Shown: positions 45,799 through 55,923 of the stretch, one piece after another
How positions within the stretch are numbered: position 1 is the first letter of the stretch
Layout of the letters: each line of letters begins with the position of its first letter
Assembly: GCA_964600255.1 (NCBI GenBank)
Contig: CAZRIX010000002.1
Coordinates: forward strand, 34,067-98,066
From: an uncultured Candidatus Saccharibacteria bacterium
Lineage (GTDB): Bacteria; Patescibacteriota; Minisyncoccia; Phycocordibacterales; PALSA-1337
DNA length: 64,000 nucleotides
Reading direction: 5' to 3'
Notes under the pieces: model-generated
Seen by the model: the letters and a program-made list of their open reading frames with translations, nothing else
Database searches by the model: none
Told to the model about the DNA's origin: nothing
Position numbers and translations under genes: made by a program

Positions 45799-47088
45799 AT
45801 GAATTTCATTTCAGTGCTATCTAATCTACTTTCTGAGCAACTCGTAACGACCGTGAGGGATCTAGTCATTCCAGTGATGCCAATGATGTTGGCATACATT
45901 CTCTTTAAGCTATTTTGGCCACTGTGGATAAACTATATTCGATCTGACACCTTTGCAAGAAGGAAATTCACCGTACTTGAGGTCAAACTACCCAGAGACT
46001 CTTTTAGATCACCAGCTGCTATGGAGCTTTTTATCAATGCACTACACAATACATCAGATGGTGGATTTTTTGCACAATATTGGAAAGGGGAAAAGAGACC
46101 TGGATATTCTCTGGAGATCATATCTGTCGAAGGAAAGGTGAAATTTATGATCTATACAGAAGATCAAAGAAAGAATGGAGTTATGGCTGCATTGTATTCA
46201 CAGTTCCCAGGAATAGAAGTTATGGAGGTACCTGACTACACTAGGGGAGTTCAATTTGATCCCAAGGAATCGACTATGTATGCAGCTGAGTTTATTTTTA
46301 CAAAAGAGGATTCAAGTAAGAACATGGCACATGTGTATCCCATAAAGACATATGTTGACTATGGACTTGATAAAGATCCAAAGGAAGAATTTAAAGTTGA
46401 TCCGTTAACGCCTATGATAGAGTTCCTTGGTTCTGTCGGCGCGAACCAGCAAGTTTGGTTTCAATATGTAATAAGGGCAAACATAAAAGAAGTTCAAGGT
46501 TCTCACATATATTTTAAAAAAACACAGCCTTACAAGGACCAGGCAAAGAAGGTTATTAACGAGATCATGGGTAGAGATCCAAAAACAAGGATAGCTGGTA
46601 CAAAGGATAAAGTATCCGGCAGAATTACACCACCCACACTTTCTGATGGAGAAAAGGAAATAGTAAAGGCAATTGAGCGTAACATGGCGAAGCCAGCGTT
46701 TGATGTCGGTATTCGAGTCATATACATGGGAAAGAAGAATGTATTCGACAAGCCAAACGGAATCGGTGGTATTGTTGGGTCTTTCAAACATTTTAGTACA
46801 GAAAACTTCAATGGTCTGAAGCCAAATGGAGACAAATATTCATCCAAATTCTCTGGATTACCATGGCAAGACTACAAAAAGATGAGAGAGACGAAGCAGA
46901 TGAAGATCGCACTCGAAGCATACAAGAGAAGATCATTCTTCTATGATCCAATAAAAAGTAAACATGTAATAATGAGTAGTGAGGAACTTGCAACTCTATA
47001 TCACTTCCCAGGTGCTGTTGCAGCTACTCCAGGTCTAAATCGTATTCCTTCAAAGAAATTCGAGGCTCCTTCAAATCTACCTATATAG
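45799..47088 (+). CDS. Membrane-anchored conserved hypothetical protein
   Basis: N-terminal TM, LEVKLPR, YSLEI, YPIKTY, EELATLYHFP. Resembles domains found fused to VirD4/HerA-like ATPases (from recall). Confidence 0.7.
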   Translation: MNFISVLSNLLSEQLVTTVRDLVIPVMPMMLAYILFKLFWPLWINYIRSDTFARRKFTVLEVKLPRDSFRSPAAMELFINALHNTSDGGFFAQYWKGEKRPGYSLEIISVEGKVKFMIYTEDQRKNGVMAALYSQFPGIEVMEVPDYTRGVQFDPKESTMYAAEFIFTKEDSSKNMAHVYPIKTYVDYGLDKDPKEEFKVDPLTPMIEFLGSVGANQQVWFQYVIRANIKEVQGSHIYFKKTQPYKDQAKKVINEIMGRDPKTRIAGTKDKVSGRITPPTLSDGEKEIVKAIERNMAKPAFDVGIRVIYMGKKNVFDKPNGIGGIVGSFKHFSTENFNGLKPNGDKYSSKFSGLPWQDYKKMRETKQMKIALEAYKRRSFFYDPIKSKHVIMSSEELATLYHFPGAVAATPGLNRIPSKKFEAPSNLPI

Positions 47089-47089
47089 T

Positions 47090-48046
47090 ATGCTTAAAAA
47101 TCATATGAAAAAAATTACAGGAGTCATAGTGTCTTTGATAATCGTCATCGTTGCTGTAATCCTGAACCTATCTTCAGCTCCAGATAATTTTCCTAAAACC
47201 CCGTTTGAGTATTCGATTCCAAAAGGTGGTTCACTGTACTCCACATCAAGAGACATGGAAACTAAGGGCATGATCAAGTCAGCTACATTTCTTAAGTACG
47301 CAGTAGCTGTACTTTCATTTAACAGAATAATTAAAGCTGGTGACTACAAATTTGAAGGGCCAGAATCAAGCATACAAATAGCACGAAGACTATATAAAGG
47401 TGACTTTAGGCAAACTAAAATTTCAGTAACAATACCTGAGGGCACAAATGTACGTGATATGGCCCTTATTCTCCTAAAGAATATACCTGGTTTTAATGCA
47501 CCATATTTCGTAAAGATTGCTAATAAGGAAGAGGGGTATCTATATCCTGACACATATTTATTCTTTGAAAATGTTAAAAGTGAAGAGATAGTTAGAACTA
47601 TGAAAGAAAATTTTAATAAAAAAATCTCATCAATAGACCAGGATATAAAAGCTACACAGAAGAGCTTAAGTGATATTGTAATAATGGCGTCTCTAATTGA
47701 AAAGGAATCTAACAATTTAGCTGATAGCAAAATAATTTCAGGGATACTTTGGAAAAGATTGGAGGAGGGCATGCCTTTGCAAGTAGACGCACCCTTCTAT
47801 TATCTAACAGGGAAGACAGGACCATATACGTCAGTAGACTTGAAAATAAAGTCTCCATACAATACATATTTGAATAAAGGCCTTCCGGTAGGACCCATTA
47901 CAAGTCCAAGCTTAGATTCAATAAAAGCTGCAATTAATCCTGTTGACTCGAAATATTATTATTATCTAACCGGCACTGATAAATTAATGCATTACGCCGT
48001 GACGTATCAGGAACATTTAGCGAATAAGGCTAAGTATATTAAATAG
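47090..48046 (+). CDS. mltG: Endolytic transglycosylase MltG
   Basis: N-terminal TM, TIPEG, EGYLYPDTY, ASLIEKE, LQVDA, SPYNTY..GLP.GPI. Confidence 0.93.
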   Translation: MLKNHMKKITGVIVSLIIVIVAVILNLSSAPDNFPKTPFEYSIPKGGSLYSTSRDMETKGMIKSATFLKYAVAVLSFNRIIKAGDYKFEGPESSIQIARRLYKGDFRQTKISVTIPEGTNVRDMALILLKNIPGFNAPYFVKIANKEEGYLYPDTYLFFENVKSEEIVRTMKENFNKKISSIDQDIKATQKSLSDIVIMASLIEKESNNLADSKIISGILWKRLEEGMPLQVDAPFYYLTGKTGPYTSVDLKIKSPYNTYLNKGLPVGPITSPSLDSIKAAINPVDSKYYYYLTGTDKLMHYAVTYQEHLANKAKYIK

Positions 48047-48099
48047 AAAATCACCCGACTAGCGGGTGACGTTCAGCACAATCTGGTTTCGTCTTGCGA

Positions 48100-48570
48100 C
48101 TACTTGCCACGCAAAGTGCTCGGGGTGACAGGCCTTATCTGTCTATCGTCCTTACTACCAGAAATTTGGACGATGGGTGTGAAGTTCGTGTCTTGCGGTC
48201 CTGGAATTTTCATTCGAGTCGCTAGGATGACAGAGTGCGGGGATATTGGAACGCTATCGATCCGCGATCCCATAGGTAGTTGGTGAAAACTGACCTGTGC
48301 TGGCTGTAGAATTGTCAACCAATTTCCATTCCCGTCGTAGTACGACCCGTGCACCTCGTAGGTGCCGTTGGTAATAGTGGTACTGGTTATAACCCACCTA
48401 TGACGCTTCTTTTCCTCCATTCGAGTTAGTACGGCAAGCACCGTGCACACTGCAAATGAAAACAAGATACTTGCAACTGCCAGTTTACGCTTGCTGTTAA
48501 CTAAAAACCAGACGCCAACAAGAATAGAAATGGCCGATACACATCCGAGCAGTATAGAGATATTATTCAT
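48100..48570 (-). CDS. Orphan two-TM membrane protein
   Basis: TTGACT promoter; two N-terminal TMs; terminator TCACCCG..CGGGTGA-TTTT. Confidence 0.7.
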   Translation of the reverse strand: MNNISILLGCVSAISILVGVWFLVNSKRKLAVASILFSFAVCTVLAVLTRMEEKKRHRWVITSTTITNGTYEVHGSYYDGNGNWLTILQPAQVSFHQLPMGSRIDSVPISPHSVILATRMKIPGPQDTNFTPIVQISGSKDDRQIRPVTPSTLRGK

Positions 48571-48626
48571 ATGATTTGCGTTGATCCAAAATTAGTTATA
48601 TACTGCATTTCAATAATAGTCAAGGT

Positions 48627-49688
48627 ATGAATATTTCGAGTAAAAGAAAAGTCTATGTTGGTATGTCAGGAGGAGTGGATAGCTCGGTCTCTGCTGCATT
48701 GCTTAAAAAGCGAGGGTACGACGTCACAGGAGTCTTTATCAAGGTTTGGCAACCAGACTGGATAAACTGTACATGGAAAGAAGACCGACTCGATGCTATG
48801 CGAGTTGCTGCAAAGCTAGAAATTCCATTTATCACACTAGATCTAGAGAAAGAGTATAAGGAGGAAGTGGTGGACTATATGATAAACGAATACAAGGCTG
48901 GCAGAACCCCAAACCCCGATGTGATGTGCAATCGTTACGTAAAGTTTGGAGGGTTTTTCGACTGGGCCATGAAACAAGGAGCTGACTATGTCGCAACAGG
49001 ACATTACGCGCAGGTTATAGACAATAACCTGGTAGCAGGCAACGACAAAAACAAAGACCAAACATATTTCCTATGGACCCTAAAGAAAGAACATTTAGCA
49101 AAAACGATATTTCCCGTAGGTAACATTGAGAAACCAGAGGCAAGAAAGCTGGCAAAAAAGTTCAATTTACCCAATGCAGAGAAGAAAGATAGCCAGGGAC
49201 TATGTTTCATAGGCAAAATAGATATAAAAGAGTTTCTAACGCACTATATAGACTCAAAACCAGGCATAGTTCTAAATGAAGACGGTGAGAATATCGGCGA
49301 GCACGATGGAAGCTTTTTCTATACCATAGGCGAGAGACACGGTTTTAATATAACAAAGAAAACACCGAATGATGAACCATACTATGTGATCTCAAAAGAC
49401 ATAGTCCGCAATACAATCACGGTCGCAAACAAGAATAGTGACGGAGAACTTCCAAATGGAATTACAAGGATAAAGCTAAGAGACGTAAATTGGAATACGG
49501 GTGAGGAACAAATAGGAAAAAATCTCAAGGCTCGCTCTCGATATAGAGCAGAACTGCAGGACATAAAGTTTATAGATGAAAGTACGGTGGAGTTTGCAAA
49601 ACCTCAGTACACTATCTCACCCGGACAGTCACTTGTCATATACGATGGGGAAATATGCCTAGGGGGAGGGATTATAGATATGATATAA
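48627..49688 (+). CDS. mnmA: tRNA 2-thiouridylase
   Basis: MSGGVDS, TPNPDVMCN, ATGHYA, KDQTYFL, DSQGLCF, PGQ. Confidence 0.97.
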   Translation: MNISSKRKVYVGMSGGVDSSVSAALLKKRGYDVTGVFIKVWQPDWINCTWKEDRLDAMRVAAKLEIPFITLDLEKEYKEEVVDYMINEYKAGRTPNPDVMCNRYVKFGGFFDWAMKQGADYVATGHYAQVIDNNLVAGNDKNKDQTYFLWTLKKEHLAKTIFPVGNIEKPEARKLAKKFNLPNAEKKDSQGLCFIGKIDIKEFLTHYIDSKPGIVLNEDGENIGEHDGSFFYTIGERHGFNITKKTPNDEPYYVISKDIVRNTITVANKNSDGELPNGITRIKLRDVNWNTGEEQIGKNLKARSRYRAELQDIKFIDESTVEFAKPQYTISPGQSLVIYDGEICLGGGIIDMI

Positions 49689-49695
49689 TCTCCGC

Positions 49696-50538
49696 ATGAA
49701 TCACCTGATAACCATAACAAAAGCTGACGGTAAGAAGGAACTTTTTGAAGAAACAAAACTCATAGACTCACTTCGAAACGCCGGAGGCAATGAGGTTATC
49801 ATCGAGGAAATACTAGAACAACTAAACAAAGAGATTTACGACGGAATGCCAACTAGCGAGATCTATTCAAAAGCATTCCATCTTTTACGCAGCCATTCTA
49901 TGCCGATGGCAGTAAAATATTCTCTTCGTCGAGCGCTATCTGAACTTGGTCCAGACGGTTTTCCATTTGAAAAATACGTGGCAAAGATTTTCCAAACTTG
50001 GGGTTACGAAACTTTAACAGATCAAACTGTTTTGGGAATTTGCGTACCACACGAAGTAGATGTAGTTGCTTGGAACAAAGACAAGCTAATCATGGTTGAA
50101 GCCAAGTTCCACAATGAACTCGATCTCAAGTCAGACTTGAAGGTTGCATTGTATATAAAAGCACGTTTTGACGATCTAAGGGGAAATCTATTTAACTATG
50201 GAGGAATACAGAGAAGACTTGATGAAGGATGGCTTATAACAAACACAAAGTTTACAGAACAAGCGATCCGCTACGGTGAATGTAACAAGCTAAAGATGCT
50301 AGGTTGGAACTATCCAGTTCGAGGCAACTTGCAAGACATCATTGAAGAATTACGTTTACATCCTTTCACATGTCTAACCTCACTTTCAAATGTTCACAAA
50401 AAAGCATTACTACAAAAGGGTGTAGTCATTTGTATGGAAATTTATGAAAATCAGTCTGTTCTAACTGAAATTGGTATGAAGCAAGATGATATCAAGCTAG
50501 TGATTGACGAAATCAAAACAGTTTGCGATATTAAGTAG
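49696..50538 (+). CDS. ATP-cone + Mrr-like PD-(D/E)xK nuclease
   Basis: [18 protein letters not shown] (ATP cone); [29 protein letters not shown]. Confidence 0.8.
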   Translation: MNHLITITKADGKKELFEETKLIDSLRNAGGNEVIIEEILEQLNKEIYDGMPTSEIYSKAFHLLRSHSMPMAVKYSLRRALSELGPDGFPFEKYVAKIFQTWGYETLTDQTVLGICVPHEVDVVAWNKDKLIMVEAKFHNELDLKSDLKVALYIKARFDDLRGNLFNYGGIQRRLDEGWLITNTKFTEQAIRYGECNKLKMLGWNYPVRGNLQDIIEELRLHPFTCLTSLSNVHKKALLQKGVVICMEIYENQSVLTEIGMKQDDIKLVIDEIKTVCDIK

Positions 50539-50540
50539 TA

Positions 50541-52397
50541 ATGAATACAAAACAAATTACCGCATTTAACAAAAAGTATAAAAAGGACTCATCACTACTT
50601 GAGTATCTTAATTCTGAGTACTACAAACTACATAAAAAGTATGAGGATCTTTTCTGGAATACATACATGGGTATTTCCAAGGACTTAAAGACGGACGGGG
50701 AGAAGAAGATAAAGGCAGAAGCCGCACGTGATGCCTTTAGATCCAATAGACATCTAAAAGCGCTAGTTGACGAGAGAATAAAAACTGCAAAATCTGCAGA
50801 TAAGAAAAGACTCGAGATATGGTCTGACTTTTTTTCACTATTTCAAATACCAGAGAATGCAGTTCCAATTCGTGAGAAGGTAGCAAAACTAGAAGAGGAG
50901 CTAGCTACAAAAGTAAAAAGTAGAGAGGAAGGATACATTGATCCGAAGACTGGAAAGTTCGTTATTGCGTCTAGAAACAAAATGAGAACTACCATGCGCA
51001 CCGATTCAGACGAGGCAATTCGTAAAGCGTGTTTTGAGGCACTTGAGAAGCTTCCAATGGAGCATATTGATACATATATCGATATCATAAATGGTAGAAA
51101 CGAATATGCACAAGCGTTAGGTTATGAGGATTTCTATGACTACAAGATTCATCTCGATGAGGGCATGACAAAGGATGAGCTTTTCTCTATTTTTGACAAA
51201 ATCTATGATAAAACCAAATACGCATTTGAGAATATTAGAAAACTAGAAGAGAGTATGCCTGGCCTACGTAAGCCTTGGAACTTCGGGTACATGATGTCTG
51301 GTGATTTTGCAAAAGAGGAGGATCCGTATTTCCAATTTGAGAATGTGATTAATGTGTGGGGAAGGTCATTTTCTGCTCTAGGAATCGATTATAAGGGTGG
51401 AGAACTAAAACTTGATCTACTTGATAGAAAAGGTAAATATGACAATGGCTTTTGTCACTATCCAAAACTAGTAACTTACGATAAGAAGAATAGATTGGTC
51501 CCAGGATCATCAAACTTTACCTCAAATGCCATACCGAAACAGATAAGCTCAGGTGCAGGGGGTATCCATACTGTATTTCATGAAGCTGGGCACGCAGCAG
51601 ATAGACTGAACTCGGTTCAAAGAGAGGTCTGTATAAATAGTGAGTATCCACCAAATGCGGTGTCATGGGCAGAAACACAGAGTATGTTCATGGACTCAAT
51701 ATCAAGTAGTATTGAATGGAGAATGAGATATGCAAAGAATAACGAGGGTAAGTCATATCCATTTGATCTATACGAACGAAGGGTCAGGAAGTTGCATCCT
51801 TTAATACCACTCGACATGATGTCTATTATGTTTGTTATGAATTTTGAGAGGAGAATATATGAATGTAAGAATCTAACAAAAGATTTTGTAATCAAGACTG
51901 CGTATGAGGTCAATAAAATGTATTTTGATCGCTCAGAAGACAGTATTTCAATATTAAATGTCCCTCATATATATTCATGGGAGTCATCAGCGTATTACCA
52001 CGGTTATGGATTAGCAGAACTTGGAGTTAGTCAGTGGAGGGAGTATTTCTACAAAAAGTACGGCTATATTGTGGACAATCCTAAAGTCGGCAAAGAGATG
52101 ACAAAGGTTTGGAGATACGCTTCACTTTACAAACCAAAGGTATTGGTAAAGATGGCAACAGGCAAAACATTAACAGCTGATGCATATATCAACGAGATTA
52201 CTAGAGATATCGACGAGATTCTGAAAACTGCAAAGCAGAGAGTTTCAAGACTAGAAAAAGTTCCGGTAAACAAAAAACCTGTTCGTCTAAATGCAAAAAT
52301 TACTATGATCCATGGTGCCAAAAAGATTGCTGATAACAAGAAAAGTTTCGAGGATATGGAGAGAAAGTACAGGAAGTGGGTCTTGGAGCAAAAATAG
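50541..52397 (+). CDS. M3-family metallopeptidase
   Basis: [16 protein letters not shown] (HExxH), downstream WAETQS Glu ligand. Confidence 0.85.
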   Translation: MNTKQITAFNKKYKKDSSLLEYLNSEYYKLHKKYEDLFWNTYMGISKDLKTDGEKKIKAEAARDAFRSNRHLKALVDERIKTAKSADKKRLEIWSDFFSLFQIPENAVPIREKVAKLEEELATKVKSREEGYIDPKTGKFVIASRNKMRTTMRTDSDEAIRKACFEALEKLPMEHIDTYIDIINGRNEYAQALGYEDFYDYKIHLDEGMTKDELFSIFDKIYDKTKYAFENIRKLEESMPGLRKPWNFGYMMSGDFAKEEDPYFQFENVINVWGRSFSALGIDYKGGELKLDLLDRKGKYDNGFCHYPKLVTYDKKNRLVPGSSNFTSNAIPKQISSGAGGIHTVFHEAGHAADRLNSVQREVCINSEYPPNAVSWAETQSMFMDSISSSIEWRMRYAKNNEGKSYPFDLYERRVRKLHPLIPLDMMSIMFVMNFERRIYECKNLTKDFVIKTAYEVNKMYFDRSEDSISILNVPHIYSWESSAYYHGYGLAELGVSQWREYFYKKYGYIVDNPKVGKEMTKVWRYASLYKPKVLVKMATGKTLTADAYINEITRDIDEILKTAKQRVSRLEKVPVNKKPVRLNAKITMIHGAKKIADNKKSFEDMERKYRKWVLEQK

Positions 52398-52430
52398 AAA
52401 AAGCTAATATTTTATGCTAAACTCATTGGC

Positions 52431-54233
52431 ATGAACAAAGTTAATACAAAGCTAACAGGAGCAGAGATCCGATCTAGATTCCTTAAGTTTTTTGAAAAAA
52501 GGGGACATGTCATAATCCCTTCTGCCTCTCTAGTTACTCCAGATGAAAAGGGTATTACCAACTCTACACTTTTTAACACTGCAGGAATGCAACCTTTGGT
52601 GCCATATTTACTTGGCAAACCTCACCCTCAAGGTACACGTCTAGCTGATGCACAGAAAGTTCTTCGTACTGTTGATATAGATGATATCGGCGACAAGACT
52701 CACGCTACTTTTTTTGAAATGTTGGGTAACTGGTCACTAGGAGATTATTTCAAAAAGGAGGCGATAGAATGGAGTTATGAATTCCTTACATCAAAAGAAG
52801 AGGGTCTTGGTCTCGATCCTAGAAGACTGTATGTTACTGTTTTTGAAGGAGATGAAAATGCACCTAGAGACGAAGAAGCTGCACTTATTTGGAAAGACAT
52901 TTTTGCCAAGAACAATATTGAAGGAAATAGAATTTTCTATTTACCAGCAAAAAATAACTGGTGGGAAGCAGGAGACAACGGTCCATGTGGACCAGATACC
53001 GAGATGTTCTACGACATAACAAATAGATTTAATGGTCGTGGAATAACTCACGAAGAACACGTTCAAGCTGACGATGTGCGTGATGTAATAGAGATTTGGA
53101 ATGATGTTTTCATGCAGTATGAGAAAAAGGATGGGAAGATCATAGGCAAGCTTCCAAAGCCGTCTGTTGATACTGGTGCTGGATTAGAGAGATTGCTTAT
53201 CACCCTACAAGGTGTTGATAATATTTACGATACAGATCTACTAAAGCCTGCAATGGATTTTGTTCGCAACTCGGCAAAGAATTTTGATCTTAAGTCTGCA
53301 AGAATTATCGCTGACCATATTCGTTCTGCTACTTTCCTGATCAGTGATGGAGTAATTCCTTCAAATACAGATCGCGGATATATCCTAAGACGCCTACTTC
53401 GTCGTGCCATAGTAAATGCAAACAGAATGGGAATGCCAGAATTCAGTCTAAAGGACTTAGTAAATATATATTCAGAAATTTACTCAGATTCATACCCAGA
53501 ACTCACAGAGAAATCTGAGAATATTAGAGCAGAGATAAATCAAGAGGAGGAGAAATTTAGACATACTTTGGAAAAAGGTCTGAGAGAATTCGAAAAAGGC
53601 ACAGATCCTTTTACACTTTTCTCAAGTTATGGTTTTCCACTTGAACTTACCGTAGAACTTTCGAAAGAAAAAGGCATAGATATTGATATTAAAAAGTTCG
53701 AAGCAGAATTTAAGAAACATCAAGACCTATCTCGTGCCGGTGCTGAGCAAAAGTTCAAAGGAGGACTCTCTGATGCTGAAAACCCTATGGTTGTGAAGTA
53801 CCATACAGCAACCCACCTACTTCACCAAGCACTACATGATGTTCTAGGAGATGGTGTTGGTCAAAAGGGATCAAACATTACACCAGAGAGACTACGCTTT
53901 GATTTCTCATACGATAAGAAAATGACAGATGAGGAGAAGAAGAGGGTTGAGGATATAGTAAATGAAAAAATAAAGGCAAGTCTACCGATGAACAATGTCA
54001 TTATGCCAAAAGAGAAGGCATTAGAAACTGGTGCTAGACATTTCTTTGGAGAAAAGTATGGTGATGATGTTTCTATATACTATATTGGTAACAATCTAGA
54101 AACTGCATATTCAAAAGAGTTCTGTGGTGGTCCTCACGTAAAGAATACCTCTGAACTTGGAACATTTAAGATACAAAAAGAGGAGGCCAGTTCACAGGGA
54201 GTTAGAAGAATAAAAGCTGTATTGACACCATAG
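52431..54233 (+). CDS. alaS: Alanine--tRNA ligase (no C-Ala domain)
   Basis: LFNTAGMQP, FFEMLGNWS, DTGAGLER, editing motifs HTATH and EFCGGPH, ends at GVRRIKA. Confidence 0.97.
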   Translation: MNKVNTKLTGAEIRSRFLKFFEKRGHVIIPSASLVTPDEKGITNSTLFNTAGMQPLVPYLLGKPHPQGTRLADAQKVLRTVDIDDIGDKTHATFFEMLGNWSLGDYFKKEAIEWSYEFLTSKEEGLGLDPRRLYVTVFEGDENAPRDEEAALIWKDIFAKNNIEGNRIFYLPAKNNWWEAGDNGPCGPDTEMFYDITNRFNGRGITHEEHVQADDVRDVIEIWNDVFMQYEKKDGKIIGKLPKPSVDTGAGLERLLITLQGVDNIYDTDLLKPAMDFVRNSAKNFDLKSARIIADHIRSATFLISDGVIPSNTDRGYILRRLLRRAIVNANRMGMPEFSLKDLVNIYSEIYSDSYPELTEKSENIRAEINQEEEKFRHTLEKGLREFEKGTDPFTLFSSYGFPLELTVELSKEKGIDIDIKKFEAEFKKHQDLSRAGAEQKFKGGLSDAENPMVVKYHTATHLLHQALHDVLGDGVGQKGSNITPERLRFDFSYDKKMTDEEKKRVEDIVNEKIKASLPMNNVIMPKEKALETGARHFFGEKYGDDVSIYYIGNNLETAYSKEFCGGPHVKNTSELGTFKIQKEEASSQGVRRIKAVLTP

Positions 54234-54323
54234 ATATTTGATGTTAATATATAACTATATAACTTAACGTATGCCTTTATATCCCGAAAGGGGGAAGTTG
54301 GGCGATTCAAAGTACATTGTCGT

Positions 54324-54674
54324 ATGAGCAACAGAAACATTTTCATAATGTTGTTGGTTATCGCTGGGGCAGTTTTCGGATTCAAGAAAGTCGAAAAGTC
54401 CCAGGAGGAGCTGAATCATCAGATCCTTACAGGGAAGACCTTTGAGGTGATTCCAGTGATGACAGGTGATCGTTGGGTGGTCTCGACCTCAGGCTACTTA
54501 CCTGAACTCGGGGTCTTCCAAGTGATGACCACGAATGCTAGGGGAAGGGCCATGTTTGGATTCTGCAAGATCCCGATACCGCCCGGTGCCGAGGTGAAGT
54601 TTGAAGAGTACCAATTCTATCCACATGTGGATGTTGGGAAGTGCAAACTTTACATGGCTTCCCGGAAGCATTGA
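54324..54674 (+). CDS. Orphan membrane-anchored protein
   Basis: N-terminal TM; GC-rich codons; own promoter and terminator GGTCTGCC...GGCAGGCC-TTTT. Confidence 0.7.
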   Translation: MSNRNIFIMLLVIAGAVFGFKKVEKSQEELNHQILTGKTFEVIPVMTGDRWVVSTSGYLPELGVFQVMTTNARGRAMFGFCKIPIPPGAEVKFEEYQFYPHVDVGKCKLYMASRKH

Positions 54675-54766
54675 TTAGGGTCTGCCGTGCCAGTCGCATA
54701 GGCAGGCCTTTTCTATTTCTATTTCCACAGCAGCTATATTCATACACATGCTATAATAGACAAATC

Positions 54767-55897
54767 ATGTTCCAACTTTTTTCTAATAAAAAAGAGGGTA
54801 AAAGAAGTCTAATCCTAGATATTCAAAGTGGTCTAGTTCGTGGCGCGATAGTTTTAAAAAAAGATGACAATAGTTCTTTGGTCACATCACTAGTCACAAA
54901 GGCAATATCAGGCACTACCGAGATAAAAAATGCCGAGCATCTTACAAAACGAACTATAAAACTTCTATCCGAGGTTGTAGAACATTTGGCTCGAGACAAT
55001 GGATCATATGAGTTAGACAAAATCGAATACATACTCTCATCACCTTGGGTACATTCAAAACTCAAAACCGTGAAGGTAAAATATGACACAGAAACCGTTG
55101 TGGACAAGAATACCTTGATGGAAATCATCAAGGAAGATGCAGCTGATGCCAACACAACCAAGGATTCAAGGCTGATAGAGAGAAACATCTTTGATGTAAG
55201 GCTAAATGGATATCCAACTACCAACATCGTTAACAAAAAAGCACATGAGCTTGAGGTATCACTCGTAACATCATTTAGCTCAGACAAGTTCCTATCAAAG
55301 GTTAGTGCGACTGTGACCAAGTTTTTCAACTGCAAGAACGACACTTTGCATTCGGGATTACTACTACAATATACGGCTTTGCGTAATATCCTAAATGACA
55401 AAAATGAGTTCATTTACATACATGTTCATAGTGAATTGACCGATATGATAATCATAAAGGATGGTCTATGTCGGCACATAGCGAGTTATCCTTTTGGGAT
55501 AAAGACGCTATTGAGAAAAGTATCTAAGAGTACAAAAGAAACTATCGAGTCTAGTGATTCTATGCTTTCACTTTACCAAGGATCAAAACTAAGTGAAGTT
55601 GAACAAAATAGAATGAAAGATATAGTAAATCCATTAATATTGGAATGGAATAAACTTGGCAGTGATTCGTTTAAGGATATTTTTGATATAACAAATATAC
55701 CCAAGACGGTGTATCTATCCGCACACAGTCATTTTGATTTATTCAAACAGGCCCTAATTTTTGATAATAGCTTTAATTTTGATGTCATTTCATATGAATC
55801 TATTGATGTAGGCGATAACAATATTATATTCGCAAAAGGAGTAGCTCAGAGCAATATGATGAAAATATATGCGATTGCATTGAATGATAAAATATAA
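54767..55897 (+). CDS. Divergent FtsA/PilM-like actin-fold protein
   Basis: LILDIQSGLVRGAI and IHVHSELTDMII resemble degenerate phosphate-1/2 loops; LNGY motif; TATAAT before ATG 54767. Confidence 0.55.
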   Translation: MFQLFSNKKEGKRSLILDIQSGLVRGAIVLKKDDNSSLVTSLVTKAISGTTEIKNAEHLTKRTIKLLSEVVEHLARDNGSYELDKIEYILSSPWVHSKLKTVKVKYDTETVVDKNTLMEIIKEDAADANTTKDSRLIERNIFDVRLNGYPTTNIVNKKAHELEVSLVTSFSSDKFLSKVSATVTKFFNCKNDTLHSGLLLQYTALRNILNDKNEFIYIHVHSELTDMIIIKDGLCRHIASYPFGIKTLLRKVSKSTKETIESSDSMLSLYQGSKLSEVEQNRMKDIVNPLILEWNKLGSDSFKDIFDITNIPKTVYLSAHSHFDLFKQALIFDNSFNFDVISYESIDVGDNNIIFAKGVAQSNMMKIYAIALNDKI

Positions 55898-55923
55898 GTA
55901 TGTTATAATATTTAACAATAAGT

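Noticed and set aside
48047-48099. Hammerhead-like GTC-GCAA-GAC-GAAAC on the minus strand
   Set aside because: The required CTGANGA is absent upstream of the stem.
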